Shown: in pieces, positions 40,101 to 52,830 of the stretch
How positions within the stretch are numbered: the first letter of the stretch is position 1
Layout: the number at the start of each line of letters is the position of its first letter
Made by a program: the position numbers and the translations under genes
Notes under the pieces: model-generated
Told to the model about the DNA's origin: nothing
Databases searched by the model: none
The model's input: the letters and a program-made list of their open reading frames with translations, nothing else
Assembly (NCBI RefSeq): GCF_964204865.1
Contig: NC_135262.1
Coordinates: 17,298,001-17,362,000, forward strand
DNA: 64,000 nucleotides
From: Styela clava
Lineage: Eukaryota
Direction: 5' to 3'

Positions 40101-43100
40101 TCTTATCATATCTCTCGCGGTTTCAATGCAGAATATATTTTTATCTTATATCCTTAAATGGTGCAAATATGGAATTCATAATAATGCCACATTTTGTAAC
40201 TTATTGAATTCATAAGTGGGTAAAATGTAATAAATTGCATGTAAATGGTGGTTTCATGAATATACAAATAGGAAAATGTCTTCCTGCTTACTTTCTTACG
40301 ATTTGGATGCATGCATTTGACATCGCGTTCAATTGATCCTTGATGTCTAGAATTTTATCCGGAAATTTTTTCGCAAATATCCAACTCTGTAATAAATAAT
40401 GACTGTTAGGTATTGAGTAAGATTCTACACTATCAGACTTGCGCAAATTATCTTCAATAAAACTAGTATGACGCAATAATCTCGGAGATGTAAAGTACCG
40501 ATTAATTACGACTGTCTCAGACTTCTTTGTCAGAGACTGCTGTCCCGTTATATTTGTATTTATATCATGCGGAATAAAATTTTTACTGTATACTGTCAGA
40601 TAAAAGCCATACGTTCGACTGATGCATATTTGGATCAGATTTATAGTAAGTGTATAACACCGGCCTAATCTCAACAACAATATATAATTGTACTTTATCT
40701 TCAGTTACATAGGCGTAGGCACTGACGTTAGCGAAATCTTAGTTATAAATATATTATATCACCAATTATAGAATGCGCCATATAATGATAGAATGTGTGT
40801 GCCGTATACCAGAGGGTGTGAAACCTGCGGCCTGCCCGTAGGCCAAGTTCGAACCGCAGGGAAAAATTGTGCGGCCCGCGGAGAAGCGCCAATTGAGAAT
40901 GGTGTGCGTCCCGCGAATAGAATTCTTATTTCAGTTCGATCTGGAACGTGCGACTAATCCCAATCCCTTCACGATGCAAAGACTATATCTGGATCTAATT
41001 TATGCATATATATGACGTTACAATGCCCGAAGCTAGCTTGTGCTAGTGAACAATGTGTGGTCGTAAGATTAATAACCAAAATTTTTGTGCCTACAACTAT
41101 TAAAAAGCCTATGTTAAAAAGGTGCGGCCCACGGTTTCACCCAGTTACTTGTATCAGGCTCTCCTGTATTGAAGGTTGCACACCCCTGTCGTATACGATT
41201 TGCGCTGTTTGAGTAAATTACCCGTATAGTTCTTAGTGTCAAATCAGAAAGGCAGAGCGAAGCAGATCAGAAGCAGGAAGAAATCTGTCAAAAGCAGATC
41301 AGAAATTGAGAGGTACTTGATACTACCTTTAATCTCTCATCTAAATTTCCAAGCATTGCCAACATCAGTACAAACTGTTCTGGTTTGTCTAAAACTCCGT
41401 TCGGAAATTTCTTCAGCGCATCACTGAAATCGTCCAGTTCGTCAGAAGTAGGTCGGACATCGTAAAGGGCTTCCAAGCTAAGAAATAATCGTTATCAAGT
41501 ATTGAAACACAACGACATGTTTAGTCCAAGTCAAGATATATTAACGTAATCACCAATTGAATTTGCCATCATAGAAACTTCAAGATAAAGTAAATATTTA
41601 TACTGTCAGACACACTATATCTGCACTTTAACAGACATAGAGCAGTTATTAAATTCACTGTGTACTTAATTTTTGAGGATGTATCACTTACGCGTCAAGG
41701 TCTAAGGCGGAATCGTCCATATTTAAGACAGCATCATGTATATCTTCAACTGGAAGTCGAATAGAGCTGGCTCTGATGCCAACTTGACGAGACCTTTCCG
41801 TAGAGAGTACTTTCAGGGCTTTTCCTTCAGCCAACTCTTGTTCTTGTTGTTGAGTTATTCTTGTTCGGGAAGTTTTGTGTATCGGCGATGGTGCGGGTTT
41901 GCTGAATAATCTTCAAATAACAAACTTGGTATATATATATATTTTTTTTAAATGTAAACTTTCATATTGATGTCAATTTTGGAGTAACATTTTTGGGGTC
42001 TACAATAGATCATCGCGTGTGGAGGTGTAAAGGACACGTTTACGGTCACGTCACAGATTGATTACCCAGAATGGCCTCGGAAGGTTGGACTACTTTAGTT
42101 TAGACAAGGCTTATGTGCGAAACCGTGTCCGGAAAATTCGCCGCAGGAAATTTCATCGTAGGGAATCTTGCTGCAGGAAATTTCGCCGCATAGGAAAATT
42201 CTCCGCAAGGGAATTTTGCTGTAAAACAAATATATTTGTGATAGCATAAAAAATTGCAGCAAGATCATTTTGCTGTAAAGTATTGGGGATAAAAACAGTT
42301 AGGTTTGTGGGGTAAGGGTATGCTTTATCCTTTTTAAATAAAAACCTAACTGTTTTTGTCAGCGATCGGCGGCGATTTTTCATGCGGCGAATTTTCCTAT
42401 GCGATTTTCCCTATGCGGCAGAATTTTCCTAGAACCGTGCGAAACTACTGATCTTTTTCGTTTCACATATATTCATGTATCCGCTGGTCTGTTAAGACTT
42501 CAACTGTGTTCATGCATTAACTTAAGATTGGGTATGCCATACCGAGCATGAGCTGATATTTTACTTCAATACTGAATATTTTTCAATAAAACTAATTAAA
42601 TTTTAAAAATCAACTGCTTAAATGCCGAAAAATATACATATTTATACTTCACAAAGTCTTCTTCATCAAATCGATGTCTTTTCTCCACATTTGACCAAAA
42701 TATTCCTTCAGCTTCGTCTGGTTGTGTGGAATCACAGACAAGTTTTGTCCAAAATAAAGATTTGATTCCGAGATCGCTTGGAGATTTCCGAGGGCTTGTT
42801 GGAGTAGATGGTGGCGGTGATATGGGGATGATTGGTTGAGCTGGTATAACAAGATTCTCAACATTCGATAGATTCGAATCCTACAGATATAAAATGAATT
42901 ATCACATTATTGAATATAGATTGATATATGGCCTTAATCGCCGTTTGGATAGTTTTATCCGTAGCTAGCTGCGCGGCTACCAAATAAACGGCGGATTTAA
43001 TTTATCGGGAAGGTGCACAAAGCGTGTATTGCCAATCAGGAGTTTTATATTAAGCCACATTCTTTAAGTGAATATAAATCCTGCTATGAAAAACTGTGAT

Positions 43101-45286
43101 GAATGTGTCGTGTTCTGATTGAAGTTCGTTTCAACTTACATTCGATAACTGTGATTAACTCAAGGGGTTGCTTTCAACACGATTTTCGTGTTTGTTTGAA
43201 TTGAAAGGCCACTGAATTTGCTACAGTATTGCAGCAGTTTTAATAACTTTTTCATTATATTTTATAAATTTAAAAGTGACCTCATATTCGCTCTTGAAAA
43301 CGAAACTCTTGTTTTATAATTTATTGCAATTCACTGATACCGATATTCTTACTTTCCTTAAGTTTATTTATACATTAAAATGAAATTTGTTTTGATCATT
43401 GAAAGTCTTCTCGTCACCTTCATAATATCTTCGCTCTCTTCTTCCCGAACGTCCTCGTTCACTGCATGAAGTGATATACCAGTATCATTGTATACGGTTG
43501 TTTCTCCATTTTTCAGTTCCGTCATTTCTCTTATTTCTGAAATAAAACATAGATTTAGTGTGTTATTATTCTTGCACATCAGTATAAGGCTTCTTGTATA
43601 TGTAAAACAATCTCACCTGAATGTTCAAGGTATTCTCTCCTCAGTTTTATCCACTCACTGTCGCCTTTGAATTGCATTTTCTTAGTTTGCAGGGGAGGAC
43701 TACCCTCTGGAGAAGGATAATTTTTCTCGGAATCACTCAGGCTACTGATGCTTGATAAGCTTTGGCGATTTTCATTAACCTTTTTATTGTCACAATTTTG
43801 TCCACCAGGGTGCGGAGTAGAGTTATGAGGTATCAAAATTTTTTTCGATTCGTATTTTTTAATGGAATCACTCACTGTTTCTTCTCTTTGGTCAGAGATT
43901 TTTGTCGATTGTTTCTCCCATTTATATTTATGTAAGTTAGATTTTATTTTTCCGCTTGGTTCGCTCATCAAATTCCTTTCGACGTCCGACGTTTCAAATT
44001 TTCTAGTGTGCTCCACGCCATTTTGAGTCACTTTCTCATCAAAAGTAATTGTACTCAATGAAGTTACACCTTTCCCAGGTGTAGATGAATTGTCAATTGA
44101 TGTGGTTTGTTCGATGGTACTTGAGTTATCTACCTCAACCGCGCTGTCAGATTCAGAGCTATTGTAATTATATTCCTTAATCCCGGGATTAAGTTTCGTC
44201 TTCAAATTTTTGCAGTGTTGATCTTTTGAACGAAAATCATTTTGTTGTTCAGAATTTGATTTTATACTTTTGGAATTTGAATTTTGAGAAAGATCTTCTT
44301 CATTAATCACTGTCGAAACTGGCACCATTCTTAAAAATAAACGAAAATTTATATTATTTTCGTTTTCATACAACGCATCTAAGCTCTTGCATATAAAGAG
44401 TACGAAATATACCGATATTATAAGGCTAATTTTGTCAGCCTACCAAGCATCGTTTAAAAATATATATATATATAATTAGTTTTTAAGAAAATATTTTATT
44501 TTTTTGAAAAAGATCTGGTATATCAGTCGATAACGCGTTAATTATTTATTATTTATATCCACTCCGAGATCGGATGTTATTTTTGCCTGGTAACAATAAA
44601 TGCACCCAAATGTCTAAAACACATATTTTACCACGATTAACTCCAAAATTTGTACTAGTTTTTTTAATTTTTATAGCAAAACTCACACTATATAATCTAA
44701 AAACTTCAAGAAGAAACAAGATCACTAACCGTAGTACTTCCTCAGTTTTTGAAGTCTCGGTGACGAAGCTTATCATCTTTCCGTTTTGAACTCCAGAAAA
44801 GCAAATTGTGTCTCCAGACTTTGTTGAAGATCGAGTCATGCTATTTTTAGTCGGATTTGTACGTATGTGTGCTTGAATTTCAGCACCATCGCAGTTATCA
44901 GCTTCTATACTGATTCGTAATGTAGGCCTGCGAGGCTTCGCGTTTCTGCTTTCAGGTTCATTGCCTTCACCATTTACTATACTATTATTTGAAACATCTT
45001 GCGCGGCTACTTTTGCCTTTGCTTTGTTTACAACACTCGCAACATCAGTCCATCTGTATTCCTGCGACGAATCTTCAAACGTCAGAGATTGGGCCAAACT
45101 TTCAATATGACCCAAATCGAGCAGTTTTTGGGCGTAACGTTTCGCTTTATCTCGACTACCTTCAAACTTGGAAAAGTACACTAAAAGCCTATCAATCAAT
45201 GCTTTTCCATTAAATATATCTTTTGTTTTCTGGTCCATTTTTTCAGCTGAAAATGAGCCAATCGAGTCCGAGGAAGAATTCGCCAT
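37171..45286 (-). CDS. FMN: Formin of FMN1/FMN2/Cappuccino type with N-terminal DEP-like domain and FH2 domain (about 1108 aa)
   Basis: 14 phase-consistent exons: 44730-45286, 43617-44329, 43418-43536, 42648-42880, 41692-41910, 41327-41477, 40292-40386, 39485-39614, 39336-39422, 38716-38956, 38269-38384, 38090-38212, 37554-37805, 37171-37461; total 3327 nt. FH2 motifs: [34 protein letters not shown]...[54 protein letters not shown] and [12 protein letters not shown] are typical of the FMN subfamily. DEP-like segment [10 protein letters not shown]...[10 protein letters not shown]...[10 protein letters not shown]. Confidence 0.92.
39652..39958 (+). mobile_element. HINE-like repeat, copy 2 (formin intron)
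   Basis: Reverse-complement homolog of 29097-29392 with the same structure. Confidence 0.75.
40810..41188. mobile_element. hAT MITE (formin intron)
   Basis: TIRs cagagggtgtgaaacct / aggttgcacacccctg; TSD ccgtatac/tcgtatac; gcggccc subterminal repeats. Confidence 0.8.
42124..42436. mobile_element. Mutator-like MITE with internal short repeats (formin intron)
   Basis: Perfect 9-bp TSD gtgcgaaac; inverted arrays of ggaaa(a)tt(t)cgccgca-like units. Confidence 0.75.
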
Positions 45287-47189
45287 TGTGCCTATCTTCT
45301 TGTACTCTTTGAGTTATTTTTCATAATAAATATAAATCAATAGTAGAAATTAGAATGGCGATTATTACATCAATCTTGCCGTAATATACCATGGCCCACT
45401 TGTAAAAATCAAGTACATAATTTTCAATAGGAGGGGAAATGGTGAATAAATTAATACACTGTTAATATACCACGATAGTACCGTGGCCAAACTGGGTCGA
45501 ATTCGCTATTAACTCTTCATTCGACGTGTTAATTTTCTTTTCGAGAAAATCACAACCTAAATCAGTCTGCCTTTTCTCTGTCGTTTTCCTTCACGGCAAT
45601 TGGCCCTGTGAATAACCGAAATAAGCCAATATTAATTCATATTATACGTTTTATTTCCCTCAACTTTATCAATCTGTTCGAATCCTATAGCGTACTCTCT
45701 GCGAACTAAAAGGCTCGCTCGTTGCTGTCCATTTATTTGTCGATTTTTTGCTATTTCAATCCAATCCCTTTACAACCCTGTTTACCATTGTAATTTGCTG
45801 TAGACTGCAAAACCTATATTACTAACGAAAGTGTTTCAACGCCACAATATCACCCGTGAGTCGCAAATACCAATTTGGCGAACGCACTGAAACTATATTA
45901 GCAACCACTCGCCCTACCTATCAATTCAATCACACCCACATCAAACACTATTAGTCTGTAACACTCGACTTTTGAAATAAATTTTCATTAGTACATAATA
46001 CGTATATGGTTCATTCCAACTAGCACTAACGAAATCGACTTCTGAACAACGGTCCAAGAATTCAGCTCTAGTTTACCCGACGCCACTTCATTCTATTGAA
46101 AGCTTCGTGCGCATACAAAACTTTACTTCACAATCATGCTGTGGAGACGAGGAACGGATTTACTCAGATTCTAAAATAAGATGACTTCTTCGAAACAATT
46201 ATTTACTATTTGTAATAGATACCGAATTGTAACTATTACTACTCGCATTAACAAACGTGTTGCCTTTCGAAGTCTTTGTTTTGGCGCGGAGAGAAAACAA
46301 TGCTTTAACAACCAAAAGGGCCATTGAAATTAGGAATGCTAAGAGATAGTGTAGCCACGATGAAAAGCCTCCACACAAAATCTCTAAGTACAATACTTCA
46401 AACATGTTTATTGATATTATTCAATAACGCGAATGAAATTACAGCTATATAATAAGAATAAAACGACTGGAAGATGTTTCAACGAATATACAATTTGAAA
46501 TCGGAGATGGCGTTTTGTCTGAAATACTAATCTTCAGGAACCTCAGACTCAAGCAATTGATGTGTGTGGTATTTTTACAAAATAAAATATGCAATCACGT
46601 CAACTTTTGAAATATATTTGAATAATTTAATTAATATATATATTCTTAAAAAGTAAAGTGAAATTTAGAGACTTCAAAATATTGATATAGAACGACAAGT
46701 TCCGAGAAAAGTCAAAATAAAATTTTTGCAAAATGTTTCGATTGCAAAAATATATAGCGGTTCGAACTTGCGCATTTCTGAATTACACTTGTAACGTTTA
46801 TCAAACTAAAGATTCGCATGCTCCTAAAAATCTAGGTTTAACGGATAAGCAAACGAGCAGCCAATTTATAAGACCGCTCGAGATGTAGAATCTAAGAACT
46901 AGAACTATACCTAAATACTAATCATGGTTTTCTCTTGGCCTGTCATATTTTTTCTTCGATATTCTATATTCTCGACTTCGCCCATATCATATCGGCAAAC
47001 AGCAATCCGACATCTGGAGCAATTTGCACAATGGAAATACTAATGGAGTTTAAGATCGAAAAAGTTTTTATTCTGACATTGTCGCGAAGTGGCACACAAT
47101 TTGCTTGACAAAATTTCACAACCAGCTAGCTTCTATCATATTTTAAAACCCAATTAACTTCCCATGCGTCGAAAGCCCACTGTGTCATT

Positions 47190-47430
47190 GGAAATAAATA
47201 GAAGCATCATAGACGAGATGAAACTTAAATCTAGTTTCGGCATCGACGGGATTCTATTTGAAATATTGAAACGTTTTGAAAGCACGCTACATGCCATTGC
47301 AAATTGTTAGATACAGTATTTCAAAAGTCTTTGGCATCATTGACAATTCTATCCTTTAATCCAATCTTTGTGTATTGAAGCATGGGGTTCCAAAAGGAGC
47401 TGTAATTGGCTCTTTATTCTTTCTAATGTT
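47190..47430 (+). pseudogene. Non-LTR (CR1/L2/jockey-like) reverse transcriptase relic
   Basis: Fragments IIDEMKLKSSFGIDGILFEILK, VFQKSL and GVPKGAVIGSLFFL (compare GVPQGSVLGPLLF). Confidence 0.7.
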
Positions 47431-48342
47431 AGAAAAAAAAGCCGTGAAAGTATCGACCAATAATTCACATTTGTAAATATTATTGAAGTTAAAGATAAGA
47501 AGAAGTTTGAAGTTTTATCTATAATTTATGACTTTGATTAGAATGCCTTACTTCTTTGATGAATTCCTTGTCAAAATTATTATTAATCAGATAAGTAACT
47601 CTGATTTGTTTATACAGTAACTCTTTGAGCGAACATATCATATGCTAGAATCGAATCCGAGCTTCGTCATTTCCGTTTGTTGAATATAACAACGGTAGCT
47701 GAGGTGCAAGATATATTTCCAAAACAATATTTCTCATTCCGTATCAAACATTAAAATTGTCGTTTAGAAATCCCGCTGATATGTAGCTCTTTTGTAAGGA
47801 ATCAGCTATATCATGCCGACATCTCTATGCGAATGAATCATTTTTGATGGGCCGAGACAAAACATATTCGGGGTAAGGTTCACTTGCACATTTCGGCGGG
47901 AAATACAAATGTTCATTTAATTGTTTGTGTGTATTAATTATTGTAGTTAGACAAGTGCAGCGGTGCAAAATCACGAATAAGTGTACTCTCCAAGTTTGCA
48001 AAACCTTTAAAAGATTACGTGTGCTGCAAAGCCACACAATAGGTTGGATAATATGATGACGTCAGTAAAGAACTTTATTTCCCAGCAGAAATGCACGGAT
48101 TTGAACAGATATAATGAAGAGCAACAAAAACACGTCCTATCTTAACGACAAAATGGGCTAACGTAGGCAGAAATATTCGGAGTCGAGCAAGAACAGTCGA
48201 ATCTGGGTCTATTGGGCAATATATTGGTCGATACAACAGCGCAAACACTTGTCCACGACATTATGAATAAATCGAACAGCAAAAAAAGAGAAAATACCTT
48301 CATAAATGAAACAATATCACATCACACTGGAAATGAATCAAA

Positions 48343-48611
48343 CGAGAATATCGGTCAGAGACCGAAGACTCATCGATCGAAAGTTAGGGATCCCCCAAAA
48401 CAGCGCTCTTACTCCATAGTGACACCTTGTGTCCCATCACTAAATAATTAATACCTCGCTAATTATACGACATAATTCATCCAAAATCAATAGGCTTCTG
48501 GTCCGACATATGATGAATGCACATGCAGAATCAATCTCGCTTTCGTGAGATATCGCGTGCATCTAACAGACAAATACCTATCAACATACTTACCGATTAA
48601 AATCGATAAGT
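48343..48611 (-). mobile_element. HINE-like repeat, copy 3
   Basis: Direct homolog of 29097-29392. Confidence 0.75.
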
Positions 48612-48695
48612 AATAAAGAAATCATCCATGTAGATAGGCCTGCGTTTCGCCTACCAGGGCGATGAAAGACTTCGCGATCATCAGTCCCTTTAACA

Positions 48696-49060
48696 CAGTG
48701 GTTCTTAAACTTTTTTGAGCGCGACCCAAATCTGAATTTTATAATAACTCGCGACCTGAACCTAAACATCGCAAAAATGTATTACAAACAAACATTCATC
48801 AGAAGCAGTCCATTGACTCAGTGTGATGAGTGAAAATGAAATTTCCCTATTCAATATATCTTCAATAAGCGGCTCTATTTTACTGAGCGCAATAGGCAAG
48901 TCGTCACTATGAATCGAGGCGAGTCTTAGTTTTAATGAACGTCAGTGCCAAAAATCCATGCTCACACAGATGCGTGGTCGCGTATGGTAGTAGAAAAGTC
49001 ATTGCTTCGTTTCCAATCACCTAAACCGCTATCCGTCGCAAATACGACATCCTAGCTAGG
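48696..49060 (-). mobile_element. hAT (Buster/Charlie-like) 3' end relic with transposase dimerisation-domain fragment
   Basis: TIR cagtggttcttaaac at 48696; minus strand reads AMTFLLPYATTHLCEHGFLALTFIKTKTR. Confidence 0.75.
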
Positions 49061-49429
49061 CCTCCGGTCTCTCTTGCAATATACGAGGTACAACTTTTCA
49101 CTCATCACCTTTTTTCTAGATCAGGGTGGTTCAAATCCAGACCCGTGGGTCACATGTGGCCCGCTGCTTCATTATCTGTGGTCCGCGTCGCATTTGCGCA
49201 AGGGTAAACAAAAAATCGCATTTGGAGTTGTTTCGTCATAAAGATAACCAGAAAAATTTTGACATATTGTTATATATATCATTAATGTCACTGAATTGGC
49301 TAGTCAAGTGTAATGACTAGCTGAGGCAACTAGCAAAGTTGAATATTATGCTTGGCTAGTCTGAATTGAATGCTTGAACACCCTGATTTAAAATATAATA
49401 AAAGAGCAAAATTTGAGTTGGCCAGGGCC

Positions 49430-50830
49430 ATGGCATGTTCAGAGAAAAAAGTGCGAAATTGGTTTGCCGAGTATGAAAATATGATTAAGGAAAATAATAT
49501 CACAGTGCCATCAGCAGTATACAACTGGGACGAATAGGGTTTTCATCTGCAAAAAAAGTCCGAAAAATAGTAATGAGTGCCAATGAAAAATGCAGCTACC
49601 ACATAACCGGATCTAGTAAATCTCAGTTCACAGCCCTTTTATGTATTCGAGCCGATGGACTCATACTACCACCGTACGTGATATTCTCCGGCAAAAGTGT
49701 TAACCCCGTATTCGCCCTGGATCTTCCAGTAGGAAGTCGTAACTTTGCTACAGCCTACGACTGGATGACTAAAGACGCTTTTTATGACTGATTTGAACAT
49801 ATGTTCATACCCAGCCTCCCCCCCAAAAAACGAACGCACCAATGTCGTTTACTCTGCGATGGACATACGTCACATAAGGACTTTAAAATCAGTAAATTGG
49901 CAAATGAGCAGAATTTTATTGCCCCCTTCACAGTTAAAAGAAGAAATAATCTCAGAAGAATTATGCTCCTTGTATTAAAATCAAAATTCAGATTTTCCTA
50001 CTATAAATATGGAGGACTTTTTGAACAACTCCATCGATCCACAAACTGTTAAACAATTCGATATTCAAAACATGTCTCCACATGCAGACTGCAGTCTCCA
50101 ACCATTTCGAATGTTCATGCTGTTTCTCCATCTCTGTCGTCCACAGTTTCCGGGGACATTCCATCAACTTCGAGGCTTCAACGAGATCGTTCTTTAACAT
50201 CAAGCCCCATCATAAACATCAGCAACCTAGATCAGTATTTTACTAAATAACATTCTCCGACTGATGAGTTATATTCTCAATTATCACCCATGATAACAAA
50301 GTCCAGAAAAGCATTGGAGGTTGCAGAAATGAGTATGTCGACAGAAGAGAAAGTTTATTTTAGAAAACGATATGAAAGAGGTGAAATATGCAATGATGGC
50401 TTTTATATAGCAAGGAAGATTCTGAAGCGAGAGATAGAAAAAGAGGAAGAGCAAAGAAAGACAAACATAAAAAATTATTGTAGAGAAAAAAATTGTTTTA
50501 AAATGGCAAGAAAAGAAATTTTTGAAATGCCCGTGAAAATGCCCGAAAAACGCCGCCAGTAAGAAATAGCCTTTGAATTTATCGTCAGACGAAAATTCAG
50601 AAGAAGAAGCAGAATAATATAGATAGGAGGAAGTTACAGAAATTAACTGAAAGTAAACACGTTTTAGAAGACAATAAGAAAGAGAAGCAGCAAAACAAGG
50701 AGGAGGTAAGCGTAAAACAAAGCGACGGGGATAATAAGTGTAGTAAATGCAAAGCTGTGTTTGAAGGTGGTGAACCACGTTGGATTCAGTGTGACGATAG
50801 CGACGCGTGGTTTCACGTGAAATGGAAAAG
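49430..50830 (+). pseudogene. pogo-family DDE_1 transposase relic with C-terminal PHD-like remnant
   Basis: VYNWDE*GF, TALLCIRADGLILPPYVIFSGK, WMTKDAFYD*FEHMFIP, LLCDGHTSH with in-frame stops; later CKAVFEGGEPRWIQCDDSDAWFH. Confidence 0.85.
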
Positions 50831-51059
50831 GAATGGCAGAAGATAAAAGGTTCAAAATGTTCATACTACTGTATGAAAACTTGGAATCTTTACGTCTTGT
50901 GGACATATCGGAACCGGGTGTCAGCATTTGACTCAATTGTTGCACAAACCTAATATATATATATATATACCTATTTTCTAGACCTGGAAATTTATGGATT
51001 CTCGATCCATTCAGTGTTTGTTTTGTAGTAGACGAGGTAGATCTGCCCCCGAAACCAGA

Positions 51060-51514
51060 GAGTGACCTCATTGAACTTTCAGAAGATAGTAGCCTCGAGC
51101 TTCAGCATGAAAAATTTGATTTGCCCGCATTCTGGATAGAAGCAAGCAAAGAGCATCCATCCTTATCGGAGAGCGTCATCAAATTTCTTCTGCCGTTCAC
51201 GACTTTGTGAATCGGGCTTTTCGACCGTGACTGCAACGAAATCGAAGACAATAAATAGTCTTAACGGACACAATATTGAGGCTGCTTTGCGAGTGAGCTT
51301 ATCTCCTTTAAAACCTCGGTTAAATCTTATCATTTCTAGCAAACAAGCTCTCAAGTTTCGCATTGAAAAAAATTCCGCGTATTTTTTTTGTGTTGTCTGA
51401 TCGGCACCTCGATTTATTTTAGCCTCTTGAAAAAACGTTAAGTTGATAAAGGGGGCGCGAAGTAAAACTCTCCGTGAAAGTGAGCCGCGATATAAAAAAG
51501 GTTGAGAAGCACTG
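51060..51514 (+). mobile_element. hAT (Buster/SCAND3-like) transposase C-terminal relic plus right TIR
   Basis: DLIELSED...FWIEASKEHPSLSESVIKFLLPFTT/CESGFSTVTATKSK...LRVSLSPLKPRLN; TIR ggttgagaagcactg ending at 51514. A possible left end cagggtggttcaaa lies at about 49122. Confidence 0.8.
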
Positions 51515-51998
51515 CCAGTCTATTGCATCATCCAACCCAATTCTAAGATGCTAAACTTATATTAGGTCAGCATTTTAGCTTACGGACACGTACGGTGTGA
51601 CTCACTACATTGTGGCACAACAATGCTATTTGACTGGATACGAACACTTCATATCCAGTTGTCGTACAGGCAAGCGAAATGCAAGTAGATTACAAAAGAA
51701 AATGTTAAGACAGTAAACGCTGCGCATAACCCCCCAAATTGCCAAATTACCTCTTTAGTTTGGATAGGCTACCACTGCTCTAACGAAAGCCAGTCAATAA
51801 TTGGCATTGTATTTGAAATGCTTTTGAACCACCTCTTTTAAATTTCTGCGTTTAACATGACGTGGTCCATCCTTCACAAAACCTTTTAACGAATGTTTTT
51901 TCGAAAAGCAATTTTGTGTCATTTGTAACTTGTACGTCTTTATCAACATTATATTGCTCTGTCCGTGAGCGATTCATCGATAAACGGACGTTTTTTAG

Positions 51999-52178
51999 CG
52001 CTCCAGAAGTATGTGTACCAATAGGGGGGTAACTAATTGTTCGGCTACTTTACATCAAGTGTAAAGGGACGGAAGTCTATGGACAGGGGGTATATTTATT
52101 CACTTGGCTAACACAGACAGTGCCCGAACTCGTAATAGAACTAAAATAAGGAAAAAAATATAAACGACGGGAGTACCT
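51999..52178 (+). repeat. Dispersed short repeat family, copy 2
   Basis: Homologous to 11362-11550 (reverse) and 60930-61079. Confidence 0.7.
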
Positions 52179-52629
52179 TTTTCCAAACGAGCCAATAAAT
52201 TTGGATAACTTCGACAGCCAACTAGGTCGGTGGAGAGCTTCTTCAAGATATCGTCAATTATCAGTGGCCGCTTGTACCTGACCTTGTTCATCGCTCCCTT
52301 TTGTTTTTATAAATCGTTGCTAATACACATTTAGTATTTTTCTCGTTTTCAAAAAAAAATTAATTGGTAAAGTGTTTTTTGTTACTTTGTTGATTTTTTA
52401 TACTCACCAACCTGAATCAGCATTGCAGATCATATAGGCTACCTTCCGTTTAAGTTCCGTCAAATTTTACGATGTCCGTTAAGTTTAAGTTAGTTTTCTT
52501 TTGATATTTGTAATGTTAATTTTTTTGATGCGTTTATGTTCTGTAGGGTTAACGAATGAATGACGATTGATTGCATTTCATGGTTTATATATGAAGATAT
52601 ATACGGTACATGTGAATATGAATCATATC

Positions 52630-52830
52630 GTGATCGAGAGCTGGTGCTGTTGTGCTGTTGAAGATATTGCCAATGGCGCCGGTCTGGCTGAATTTCGTCC
52701 TGATTGGCGTTGGATGTCGGGCTCACTGTCTGGCCTGTTGCTTTGCTGATCCCGTCCTATGGTCGATCAGACTTTGTGGGGAATGTCTTTCGCTGCGTTT
52801 AGAAGGGAAGCGGGAGAAGCCCTATTTTAA
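52630..52830 (+). promoter_or_regulatory. GC/CpG-rich candidate promoter or non-coding first exon of the E-protein gene
   Basis: Local GC-rich island with CCAAT boxes in both orientations (gccaat about 52669, attggc about 52703), about 3 kb upstream of the ATG exon. That exon starts at a splice acceptor, so an upstream exon is required. Confidence 0.45.

Noticed and set aside
50284-51071. 164-aa and 135-aa minus-strand ORFs
   Set aside because: Antisense to the purine-rich pogo and hAT relics; low-complexity shadows.
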